Notes under the pieces: model-generated
The model's input: the letters and a program-made list of their open reading frames with translations, nothing else
Told to the model about the DNA's origin: nothing
Databases searched by the model: none
Shown: positions 20,053 to 28,418 of the stretch, in pieces
Position numbering within the stretch: position 1 is the stretch's first letter
How the letters are laid out: every line of letters starts with the position of its first letter
Assembly: GCA_964651045.1 (NCBI GenBank)
Contig: CAZYVD010000001.1
Location: forward strand, 87,144 to 151,143
Length of the DNA: 64,000 nucleotides
Source: an uncultured bacterium
Lineage (GTDB): Bacteria > Zhuqueibacterota > QNDG01 > DSAB01
Direction: 5' to 3'
Position numbers and translations under genes: made by a program

Positions 20053-21735
20053 CTAATGTCGAAAATGTCTAAGACCCGTAAAAACCATTGCCATTCCCAA
20101 TTCATTGCATGCACTGATAGAATCAGCGTCTCTCTTCGAACCACCAGGCTGAATTATATACTTAATTCCAAACTCAGATGCAAAGCGCACAGTATCATCA
20201 AATGGGAAAAAAGCATCCGATGCAAGTACCATCTTGCCGAATTGATTTCTACAATAATCATCGAATGTTTCGCCTGGATTAATCCGATCATACTCAATCT
20301 GAAGATTTTCCATGGCCTTGGTAACGGCTAACTTCCTGAGGGAATCGACCCTGTTTGGCTGGCCCGCCCCCATTCCTATTACCTGGTAATAACCAGGCCT
20401 GTATTCTCTTGCAAGTACAATTGCATTAGATTTTGTATGCTTGCACGCCTTATAAGCAAATTCGGCAAGTCCCTTTTTGCTTTCATCAAACTCTTTCTCT
20501 GTAACGGTTTCAAACCTTTCCATTAACTTAAGGTCTCTCTCCATCTCCAGCATACCGCCAGTTATCTTTCTATAAGTCTTGAGTTCTCTTGTCCCACTCT
20601 TTAATTGCGAAACCTTAATAAGGCGCAGCGATTTTGTTTTTGAAAGAAGATCTAATGCCTCTTCTGAATAATCGGGAGCAATTATTACCTCCACAAATTT
20701 CGATGGAACCTCCTGAGGAACAAGCCTGCCCTTTTCGATTATATATCCAAAGTGTTTCTCACTTTTCCCCTTTAGAAACTCGGCAAAACCCAGGTCTACT
20801 TTAGAGTTTACCGCAATTACCGAGCCAAATGCAGATACTGGATCACCTTCCCATGCCCTCTCCAAAGCCTCTCTTGGAGTTGCCCCAGTAGCATATCCGC
20901 ATGGATTTGTATGTTTAATGACCGCCACTCCTATCTGACCCTCCAGCTCTTTTACGGCCTCCAGCGCGGCATCGCTGTCCACATAGTTGTTGTAAGACAT
21001 CGATTTACCGTGTAGGAGTTCACCATTAGCAACAGAAGATTCCTGACACGAGCTGTCTATGTAAAAAGTTGCCCTTTGATGGCTGTTCTCTCCGTATCGC
21101 AGACCAGTCCCCCCGCTGAATCTGAGCCTCAGAACATCCTCATTTAAAAATTGAGCAGATAAATATCTCTCTATTGCAGAATCGTAATCAGCAGTACGCT
21201 GGAAAACTTTAACAGCGAGTCTTTCCCTCATCTTCAGGGAAATTTCTCCTGTTTCATTAATCTCGTGTACAATCTCATCGTAATCGGCTGGATCTATTAC
21301 CACGGCAACATATCGATAGTTCTTTGCAGCACTTCTAAGCATTGTGGGACCGCCGATGTCTATATTTTCAATTGCCTCTTCTACCGATACCCCCTCACGT
21401 GCAACAGTATTTTCAAATGGATAAAGATTCACGACTACAAGATCTATCCACTCTATGCCGTGCTGTTTGGCCTGATGAACATGTTCAGGATTGTCTCTGA
21501 CACCAAGAATACCGCCGTGAATCATTGGATGGAGTGTCTTAACACGTCCATCCATTATCTCCGGGAAACCAGTAACATCTCTAATGGGGATCACATTAAT
21601 CCCATTCTCCTTTAGAACTTTTGCAGTACCTCCAGTGGAAATTATTTCAACCCCCTCCTCAGAAATCCTCCTCGCAAACTCCACTATACCGCTCTTATCT
21701 GAAACACTTATTATTGCTCGCCTAATTCTAGACAC
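20053..21735 (-). CDS. purH: bifunctional AICAR transformylase / IMP cyclohydrolase
   Basis: 560 aa with MGS-like N-terminus (ISVSDKSGIVEFAR) and AICARFT domain. Confidence 0.9.
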   Translation of the reverse strand: MSRIRRAIISVSDKSGIVEFARRISEEGVEIISTGGTAKVLKENGINVIPIRDVTGFPEIMDGRVKTLHPMIHGGILGVRDNPEHVHQAKQHGIEWIDLVVVNLYPFENTVAREGVSVEEAIENIDIGGPTMLRSAAKNYRYVAVVIDPADYDEIVHEINETGEISLKMRERLAVKVFQRTADYDSAIERYLSAQFLNEDVLRLRFSGGTGLRYGENSHQRATFYIDSSCQESSVANGELLHGKSMSYNNYVDSDAALEAVKELEGQIGVAVIKHTNPCGYATGATPREALERAWEGDPVSAFGSVIAVNSKVDLGFAEFLKGKSEKHFGYIIEKGRLVPQEVPSKFVEVIIAPDYSEEALDLLSKTKSLRLIKVSQLKSGTRELKTYRKITGGMLEMERDLKLMERFETVTEKEFDESKKGLAEFAYKACKHTKSNAIVLAREYRPGYYQVIGMGAGQPNRVDSLRKLAVTKAMENLQIEYDRINPGETFDDYCRNQFGKMVLASDAFFPFDDTVRFASEFGIKYIIQPGGSKRDADSISACNELGMAMVFTGLRHFRH

Positions 21736-21775
21736 GATCTCCTCCTCTATATGTTATCTTCCTAAATTATGGTTA

Positions 21776-22420
21776 TCATTCCCTGATCACAACCTTACCA
21801 CCAACAAACTCGACCCTTCCCTCTGCAAAGAGTTGAATTGCCTGCGAATAGAGCTCATGTTCAACCCTTAAAACTCTGGCCGCAAGTGTCTCTGGGGTAT
21901 CTCCTTCCTTAACAGCTACACACCTCTGAGCAACTATAGGCCCATGATCATATATCTCATCAACTATATGGACTGTTACGCCTGTGACCTTGCATCCCAT
22001 ATCGAGAACAGCCTGATGAACATGTTTCCCATACATTCCTCTTCCACCAAATGCAGGAAGAAGTGCAGGATGAATGTTCACGATTCTGTTTCTATACCGG
22101 CTGATCACCTCGGCTGGAACCTTTTTCATATATCCTGCAAGTGCAATAAAATCGACTCTGTGTGCCTCCAGCACAGAAAGGATTGCCTCTACAAAACAAT
22201 CTCTAGTTTTAAAATCCTTTTTGGAAATTATAACAAAATCAATTCCATTCCTCTTTGCAATCCTCAACGCACCCGCCTCTTGATTGTTCGTAATTAACAG
22301 TTTAACATCTGCACTTAGGGACCCTCTCTTAATGTTCTTAACAATTGCCTCAAAGTTTGATCCCCTCCCGGATGCAAAAACTCCCAACCTGAGCCTCTTC
22401 AATTTAGTACCCCCTTTCAT
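21776..22420 (-). CDS. purN: phosphoribosylglycinamide formyltransferase
   Basis: 214 aa formyl-transferase fold (GSNFEAI, HPALLPAFGG). Confidence 0.85.
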   Translation of the reverse strand: MKGGTKLKRLRLGVFASGRGSNFEAIVKNIKRGSLSADVKLLITNNQEAGALRIAKRNGIDFVIISKKDFKTRDCFVEAILSVLEAHRVDFIALAGYMKKVPAEVISRYRNRIVNIHPALLPAFGGRGMYGKHVHQAVLDMGCKVTGVTVHIVDEIYDHGPIVAQRCVAVKEGDTPETLAARVLRVEHELYSQAIQLFAEGRVEFVGGKVVIRE

Positions 22421-23721
22421 TCTACAGCCTCACTTAGAAGATCATATTCGGAACTTGCAGTTATCTTTACATTTACTATCCCGCCAATCTTTGCCTTCCC
22501 CTTTATCCATACTCTTTGATCCACCTCAGGAGCATCTCCCTGAGTTCTTCCAAAAAACAATTTCTCGTTCTCATCATATCCATCTACTATTACTGGAAGA
22601 CTCTTAGACTCAAGAGATCTATTTATCTCGGCAGATATCTCCCTCTGGGTATTCATGATGATATGATAACGCTCTTCAGCAACATTTCTTGGAACCGCAG
22701 GCCTCATACGATAAGCTGCTGTTCCTTCCTCTGGAGAATAAATAAATGCCCCCATACGTTCAAAACGAATATGTTTGACAAAATCTACAAGTTCCTGAAA
22801 CATCGTATCTGTTTCACCGGGAAAACCAACAATAAAGGTTGTCCTTATAACAATATTTGGAATCCTATTCCTGAGTTTAGATATTAGAAGCTCAATAGAT
22901 TCTTTTCTGCTTTTTCTCCCCATTGATCTTAATATAGAATCAGAAATGTGTTGAAAGGGAATGTCCAGGTACTTACATATCTTATCTTCATGGGATATAA
23001 GATCAATGAGTCTATCGTTTACACTATCAGGAAATGCATACATTATTCGAATCCAGCGGAGATCGCTGATCGAAACAAGCCTCTCCAGCAGACAGATCAG
23101 ATCGGTTCCGTTTCTTTGATCTGAGCCGTATGCCGTTGTATCCTGTGCTATTAGAATAAGCTCCTTTACACCTCTATCTACAAGGCTTTGTGCCTCATCT
23201 ATTACACTATTAATTGAGCGACTTCTGTATGGTCCTTTAATCATTGGAATAGCACAAAAACTGCAGCCATGATTACAACCATCTGCAATTTTTAGATATG
23301 CAGTATGGGGTAAGGTCGAAAGTATGCTGCGGTTTAGCTTCTTTTCATTCCAGGAGTATGAAGGGCCTAATATAAAAGAGCCTATCTCATTAAAAGACTC
23401 AACACCAAAGTATGCATCGACTTCTGGTATTTCCTGCTCAAGCCTTTCCTTATATCGCTGTGAAAGACAGCCGCAAACAACTATCTGTCTATCTCTTCCA
23501 TCCTTTTTAAGTTTGACTGCCTTAAGAATTGTATCTATTGATTCCTTTTTTGCTGCCTCTATAAATCCACATGTATTTATAATAATGGTATCTGCCTCTT
23601 TTTCATTGCCGACAAGAATCACTCCTCCCCTTACCAATTCACTTGCAATTACCTCTGAATCCACCTGATTTTTCGGACAGCCGAGTGTAATAATAGAGAT
23701 TTTTTTGTTAGATTTGATCAA
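22417..23721 (-). CDS. rimO: ribosomal protein S12 methylthiotransferase RimO (radical SAM MTTase)
   Basis: MTTase N-domain, radical-SAM CxxxCxxC (CNHGCSFC) and C-terminal TRAM. ORF-track start at 23787 reads through repeat A (encoding GGLGG from the CCCCCCAAGCCCCCC hairpin). A TTG at 23719-23721 giving LIKSNKKISIITLGCPKNQ is the more plausible start. Confidence 0.8.
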   Translation of the reverse strand: MIKSNKKISIITLGCPKNQVDSEVIASELVRGGVILVGNEKEADTIIINTCGFIEAAKKESIDTILKAVKLKKDGRDRQIVVCGCLSQRYKERLEQEIPEVDAYFGVESFNEIGSFILGPSYSWNEKKLNRSILSTLPHTAYLKIADGCNHGCSFCAIPMIKGPYRSRSINSVIDEAQSLVDRGVKELILIAQDTTAYGSDQRNGTDLICLLERLVSISDLRWIRIMYAFPDSVNDRLIDLISHEDKICKYLDIPFQHISDSILRSMGRKSRKESIELLISKLRNRIPNIVIRTTFIVGFPGETDTMFQELVDFVKHIRFERMGAFIYSPEEGTAAYRMRPAVPRNVAEERYHIIMNTQREISAEINRSLESKSLPVIVDGYDENEKLFFGRTQGDAPEVDQRVWIKGKAKIGGIVNVKITASSEYDLLSEAVE

Positions 23722-23725
23722 ATTA

Positions 23726-23985
23726 AATCCCCCCAAGCCCCCCACTTTTTCAAAGGAGGGGACTTGGTGACCGTTTGATAATAGCAATAACCTCTCTCTT
23801 ACTCCTTACTCCTTATTCCCTACTTCCAACTTTTAAGTTCGAAGTTCGAAGTTCGAACTTCGGACTTTCAACTTTCAACCCCCTCATCCCTTTCCCCAAT
23901 ATCCCCCTTTTTCAAAAGGGGGATTATAGTGGGACTTCCTGCCTGCACCCTGTACCCAATTCCACTACAATCCATAAATAAATTG
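23726..23985. repeat. repeat element copy A (hairpin-bearing, CT-rich heptamer and TTCGAA microsatellite core)
   Basis: Direct nucleotide comparison with copies B and C. Contains CCCCCCAAGCCCCCC..GGAGGGGACTTGG hairpin, tandem TACTCCT and GTTCGAA heptamers, CCCCCTTTTTTCAAAAGGGGG palindrome and a conserved GGGACTTCCTGCCTGCACCCTGTACCC tail. Confidence 0.8.
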
Positions 23986-24016
23986 CGTTCCACTATTCTA
24001 AGAAAAAAGCTTTCAA

Positions 24017-24424
24017 TCAACTTATGTCCGGTTCAGAAACCATTTTTTGCATTGTTCTTTCTGCTTCCTCAACGAACTTTCTTGCTCTTTTGATTTGTGT
24101 CTCGGCTTCTTCTTTTGTAATCACTACAAAATCACCGTAATCAGCATCCTCCCTGATATCCTTAGCCTTTGGTAGAAACTTACTAATTTCTTTTGGGAAA
24201 AGCTCCATTCTAGTAATATATTGATTAAATAATGCAATTACACCAGAGTGTTTGCTGGAATCCATCTCCTTTAATGCTAGAAGAGCTCTTGCTGAAGTAA
24301 ACATAGCATAATAACTTCTGTTAACCGAAAGTCCATAATGTTTCTGAGCAAGATTGTCTTCCGCTTCAGTTAGAATTTCTTTTGCCTTCTTTATTCTGTA
24401 CATTGCTAATTTCAGCCTACCCAT
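24017..24424 (-). CDS. HEPN domain protein (HEPN/MNT toxin-antitoxin-like module)
   Basis: 135 aa matching the HEPN PF05168-type pattern NRSYYAMF..ARALLALKE...KHSGVIALF...REDADYG. Overlaps the MNT gene by 8 nt. Confidence 0.8.
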   Translation of the reverse strand: MGRLKLAMYRIKKAKEILTEAEDNLAQKHYGLSVNRSYYAMFTSARALLALKEMDSSKHSGVIALFNQYITRMELFPKEISKFLPKAKDIREDADYGDFVVITKEEAETQIKRARKFVEEAERTMQKMVSEPDIS

Positions 24425-24764
24425 AAAGCAGAACTCCTTCTTTTTCTACTTGCTCGAAGAAAAACGAACCCAATCTTTTATTCTCTTTATACTCAAATAG
24501 GCTGTAAACTACGGGGGATATTGGAACATTATATTCAAAAAAATAATTTGCTGCTATATCACTTATCTTATCTCTAACATCCCCTTTTTCCTTAACCAGA
24601 ATGAATAAATCTACATCGGAATCTTTTTCAAAATCACCTCTTACTTTAGAACCAAATAACCGAATGGCCACAATATAATCACCCAACTTGTCCTTCAGTT
24701 CCTTTACAAAAGAATTTATCACTTTTTCTTCTGTTTTACTCAGGTATTGTAATTTTTTTATCAT
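24417..24764 (-). CDS. minimal nucleotidyltransferase (MNT) domain protein
   Basis: 115 aa with Pol-beta-type NTase motif LFGSKVRGDFEKDSDVDL. AAGGAGG Shine-Dalgarno is supplied by repeat B. Confidence 0.8.
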   Translation of the reverse strand: MIKKLQYLSKTEEKVINSFVKELKDKLGDYIVAIRLFGSKVRGDFEKDSDVDLFILVKEKGDVRDKISDIAANYFFEYNVPISPVVYSLFEYKENKRLGSFFFEQVEKEGVLLYG

Positions 24765-24912
24765 TACTCCCTCCTTTTCCCTTACTCCCTACTTTTAACT
24801 CTTCACTTCCGCTTCCGTTCTCTCCAATATCCCCCTTTCCAAAAAGAGGATTATAAGGTGATTTCCTGCCTGCTCCCTGTACCCAATTTCACCAGCAATC
24901 TATAAATTAAAT
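24765..24912. repeat. repeat element copy B (5'-truncated)
   Basis: Shares the CT-rich core, CCCCCTTTCCAAAAAGAGG palindrome and TTCCTGCCTGCTCCCTGTACCCAATTTCACC tail with copies A and C; lacks hairpin 1. Confidence 0.75.
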
Positions 24913-24927
24913 GGATATAAAAAGATT

Positions 24928-25282
24928 TCATAATCGATCGTGAATACTACTAACAACCCCTTCAATATTTTTAAGAACATCAATATTAGAAAACCTTAAA
25001 ACTTTAAGACCCAAACTACGAAGATAAAGATCCCGAACTCTATCTTTCTTCATACCTTCTTCTAAATAATGCTGGCCCCGTCTATTTCAATAACTATCTT
25101 CCTGGCAGGACAGTAAAAATCAACAATTTAATTCCCTATGGGTTTCTGTCTGTAAAACTGAACTCCCTTAAGCTGCTTTCTTCTAATCTTCGAACAGAGA
25201 AGCTTCTCAGCCTCTGTCATATTTTTCCGCAATTCTCTGGATATGGTTTTTAATCTCTTGTTATAGAGTAACAATATCGAAT
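24928..25282 (-). pseudogene. decayed DUF559 (Vsr-like endonuclease domain) gene
   Basis: Minus-strand translation gives RELRKNMTEAEKLLCSKIRRKQLKGVQFYRQKPIGN*IVDFYCPARKIVIEIDG, then a -1 frameshift before GQHYLEEGMKKDRVRDLYLRSLGLKVLRFSNIDVL. One in-frame stop where Tyr is expected, one missing G in a G-run, and no intact start (upstream stop lies in repeat C). Confidence 0.65.
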
Positions 25283-25490
25283 CCCCCCAAGCCCCCCTTT
25301 TTCAAAGGGGAGCTTAGCGACCTTTCGATAATAGCAATAACCTCTTTCTTACTTCTTACTCCTTATTTCCTACTTCGAACTTTCAACCCCCTCATCCCTT
25401 TCCCCAATATCCCCATTTTTCAAAAGGGAGATTATAGTGGGACTTCCTGCCTGCACCCTATACCCTTCACAACCCCGCAATCAATAAAAA
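25280..25490. repeat. repeat element copy C
   Basis: Near-identical to copy A over hairpin 1 and the AATAGCAATAACC spacer, the CT-rich heptamers, the CCCCATTTTTCAAAAGGGAG palindrome and the conserved tail; lacks the GTTCGAA expansion. Confidence 0.8.
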
Positions 25491-25582
25491 GATTACACCT
25501 CGGAAAGATCAACACTACCTCTTTTCTGTCAAACTTCATTCATAATTTATGATTCAAAACTCTGAATTCAAAATTGTCTATA

Positions 25583-26500
25583 TCACCCTAACATTCCCTC
25601 AACAAAAGCCTCTGCATCAAATGGGACAATATCCTCCAATCCCTCACCCAACCCTACCCATTTTACTGGAATTCCCAGTTCCTGATAGATCGATACTACT
25701 ATCCCGCCACGTGCAGTACCATCGAGCTTTGTGAGGACTATACCAGACACATCAACAGTCTCGGCAAACAATCTGGCTTGATTGAGACCATTCTGTCCTG
25801 TAGTAGCATCTATGACCAGAAGAACTTCATGAGGAGCAGTATCGCTCTTTTTCCTCAAGACCCTAAATATCTTCCCGAGCTCTTCCATTAAATTTACCTT
25901 TGTATGAAGTCTGCCCGCAGTGTCTATTATCAATATATCAACCCTACGTGCTATTGCTGCCTCTAAAGCATCAAATGCAACGGATGCAGGATCTGCTCCT
26001 GCACTCTGCCTGATTAGATCCGCACCAGCTCTCCTGCTCCATTCTTCTAGTTGTTCAGCAGAAGCTGCGCGAAATGTATCTGCACATGCAAGAAGTACCT
26101 TCTTATCTCTTTTCTTATACATATAAGCAAGTTTGCCAATTGTAGTGGTCTTTCCAGTACCATTAACCCCAACAATCAGGACTACATACGGCCTGTGTGT
26201 ACTATTGAGCTGCTCCCACTCAGATCGCACTCTTTCAATAAGAGTCTCTTTTAAAATTTCTCTCACTCCCTCCTCTGTAAATTTTCTGCCCTGCCTCATT
26301 CTCTGTCTGATCTGTTCTATTATATCCAGCGTAGTTTTTACACCTATGTCGCTTTCGATGAGTATCCTTTCCAGCTCATCAAGCATATCATCACTTATTC
26401 TTTTTCTACCTGCAAATAGACCGGCAATTTTCCCCAACACCCCTCCTCTTGTCCTTGCCAGTCCCTTCTCCCATAGTCTATCAGTATTCATCACTTTCAC
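25583..26500 (-). CDS. ftsY: signal recognition particle receptor FtsY
   Basis: 305 aa SRP54-type GTPase (GVNGTGKTTTIGKLA, DTAGR). Confidence 0.9.
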   Translation of the reverse strand: MKVMNTDRLWEKGLARTRGGVLGKIAGLFAGRKRISDDMLDELERILIESDIGVKTTLDIIEQIRQRMRQGRKFTEEGVREILKETLIERVRSEWEQLNSTHRPYVVLIVGVNGTGKTTTIGKLAYMYKKRDKKVLLACADTFRAASAEQLEEWSRRAGADLIRQSAGADPASVAFDALEAAIARRVDILIIDTAGRLHTKVNLMEELGKIFRVLRKKSDTAPHEVLLVIDATTGQNGLNQARLFAETVDVSGIVLTKLDGTARGGIVVSIYQELGIPVKWVGLGEGLEDIVPFDAEAFVEGMLG

Positions 26501-27063
26501 AAACTCTTCTCTTTTTCTTTTTCAATTCTTTTTAAAAATTCTCTTAAATATATGATACTCGAATATACAGTCAACATTAGTGCCGCATAGAGTGCAATCC
26601 ATGCAAGGGGTTGAACATTAAATATAAACAGTATTACTACAACGCCATTTGCAAAGGCAGAATTTTTTCCAGCCCTGTTGGACTCCATCACAATCTTCCT
26701 CTTTCTTATTACTAAGAGACCCCCAAGCAGTATTAATAGTTCACGCAAAAGAACCACTAAAAAATACCACAGGGGAAAATAGTAATCGGGACTTAATAGC
26801 AAGAAGACCAGAACTATCAATACATCAAGTTTATCAACAATTGGATCCAGAATGCGGCCAAAATCTGACTTCTGGTTAAACCGCCTTGCAATCCAACCAT
26901 CAAGAAAATCGCTTGCAACACCTGCCAGCATCCATACAAAGGCCAGAAGTTTTTGGCCACTGCTTAGATTTATTATGATAGGAAACACCACGCCAAAGCG
27001 AAATAGAGTCAATAAATTTGGTAAAGTCCACACCTTCATCTTTTCTTTCACCAATTTCCTCAT
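26497..27063 (-). CDS. CDP-alcohol phosphatidyltransferase family protein
   Basis: 188 aa polytopic protein with a perfect CDP-OH-P motif DGWIARRFNQKSDFGRILDPIVD (D-G-x2-A-R-x8-G-x3-D-x3-D). Confidence 0.8.
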   Translation of the reverse strand: MRKLVKEKMKVWTLPNLLTLFRFGVVFPIIINLSSGQKLLAFVWMLAGVASDFLDGWIARRFNQKSDFGRILDPIVDKLDVLIVLVFLLLSPDYYFPLWYFLVVLLRELLILLGGLLVIRKRKIVMESNRAGKNSAFANGVVVILFIFNVQPLAWIALYAALMLTVYSSIIYLREFLKRIEKEKEKSL

Positions 27064-28232
27064 ATGAATACCTTTGCCGCTTCTATCATTAATTTAGGAT
27101 GTCTCAACAGTGCTACTTTGAATATGCGCAGTGCACTCCTCTTCTCGGGTGGTATCTGGAGAAGTGTATCTGCTATCTTGTTAAGATCACTGTCCGAAAA
27201 TCTATCGATGACTCTTTTTATCTTATATGATATCTCATTATTCTTTCCTTCTGCCTTGTACCACTCCCTTTGATAAATCGAAAGCCTCTTTCGTGAAACA
27301 TCACCCTCTTTTACTGCTTCTGCGGCCACTTTGCCTGCAATTCGGCCTGCTATCATAGCATTTACTATTCCTCCTCCAGACATCGGGTTTGCCTGATGTG
27401 CAGCGTCTCCAACGAGCATCAGCCCATCAGAAACAATCTCTTTCATTGTTGGGATGAGAGGAACTCCTCCAGTAATAATATTGAGGATCGAATATTTCTT
27501 ATATTTTCGTCTAATAAATTCTTCAAGATACGAGATTGGTCTTTTTTTCTTGGGATATTTTCCAGACATGCCTAATCCAACATTAGCACTATTCTGACCC
27601 TTTGGGAATACCCATAAATAACCTTCTGGTGCTACATCCTTACCAAAATAAAACTCAACTACTTCAGGATCTACTTCAATACCAGTCAGCCTCATCTGAA
27701 CACAGGAAGCCATGCATTCAACTGAAGTCCTGGTATTCAATCCTGCCCAACGCCCAACTCTCGACTCAACACCATCGGCTCCAATTACAACCGAACATTT
27801 AATCTTATATTCTTTCCCTAAATGGAGCACTCTTACACCATGTATAGATCTATCATCAATTAAAAGTCCACATACATAAGCTTTTGTAGCTATCTCTCCG
27901 CCGCATTCTGAGACCATAGATGCCAGATCTTTTTCAAAAAGCTCGCGATGAAGTATGAATCCAGAATCATCAGGATATGATACAACCTCTGTCCCATTCG
28001 GTGCAACCAGTTTTGCACCTCTTATACGCACGGCAATCCAGTGCTCCCTGAGATCGATAACACTTTTTATGCCATCCTCAGAAACTCCCTCTGCACAGCG
28101 TACTGGAATCCCAATTTCGCGATCCTTTTCTAAAACCAGAACAGATGCACCTCTCTCTGCTGCATGCTTTGCTGCCCACAATCCCCCCGGGCCCCCGCCA
28201 ACAACTATTATGTCATATCGCTCTTTCATTAC
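27060..28232 (-). CDS. geranylgeranyl reductase family FAD-dependent oxidoreductase
   Basis: FAD dinucleotide-binding motif DIIVVGGGPGG at the N-terminus; ~390 aa GGR-family length and pattern. Likely start is MKERYD at 28232 (ATGA overlap with the upstream ferredoxin stop) rather than the ORF-track start at 28271. Confidence 0.75.
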   Translation of the reverse strand, partial: VMKERYDIIVVGGGPGGLWAAKHAAERGASVLVLEKDREIGIPVRCAEGVSEDGIKSVIDLREHWIAVRIRGAKLVAPNGTEVVSYPDDSGFILHRELFEKDLASMVSECGGEIATKAYVCGLLIDDRSIHGVRVLHLGKEYKIKCSVVIGADGVESRVGRWAGLNTRTSVECMASCVQMRLTGIEVDPEVVEFYFGKDVAPEGYLWVFPKGQNSANVGLGMSGKYPKKKRPISYLEEFIRRKYKKYSILNIITGGVPLIPTMKEIVSDGLMLVGDAAHQANPMSGGGIVNAMIAGRIAGKVAAEAVKEGDVSRKRLSIYQREWYKAEGKNNEISYKIKRVIDRFSDSDLNKIADTLLQIPPEKRSALRIFKVALLRHPKLMIEAAKVFI

Positions 28233-28405
28233 AAAATCTCCACAGCTCCTATTGGACAGACGTCTCTGCATTCACCGCATAGGATACATTTTTTGGTGTC
28301 TATAGCTATATCCGACTCTCTTAATTCAATTGCATCTTCGCTGCACACCGCAACACATGCACCACAAAAGTCACACCTGTTAATATCTATTATAACCTTG
28401 CTCAT
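28229..28405 (-). CDS. 2x[4Fe-4S] ferredoxin
   Basis: 58 aa, below the ORF-track cut-off. Minus-strand translation: MSKVIIDINRCDFCGACVAVCSEDAIELRESDIAIDTKKCILCGECRDVCPIGAVEIL, with two CxxCxxCxxxCP clusters. Its stop overlaps the start of the reductase. Confidence 0.75.
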   Translation of the reverse strand: MSKVIIDINRCDFCGACVAVCSEDAIELRESDIAIDTKKCILCGECRDVCPIGAVEIL

Positions 28406-28418
28406 ATTGTAAACCTCT

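Noticed and set aside
23726-25490. CRISPR array hypothesis for the three repeats
   Set aside because: Units are >140 bp, irregularly ~1 kb apart, separated by genes rather than 30-40 bp spacers, and no cas genes are present.
26133-26555. Plus-strand 140-aa ORF rich in Ser/Leu
   Set aside because: Antisense to ftsY; compositionally biased and not conserved-looking.
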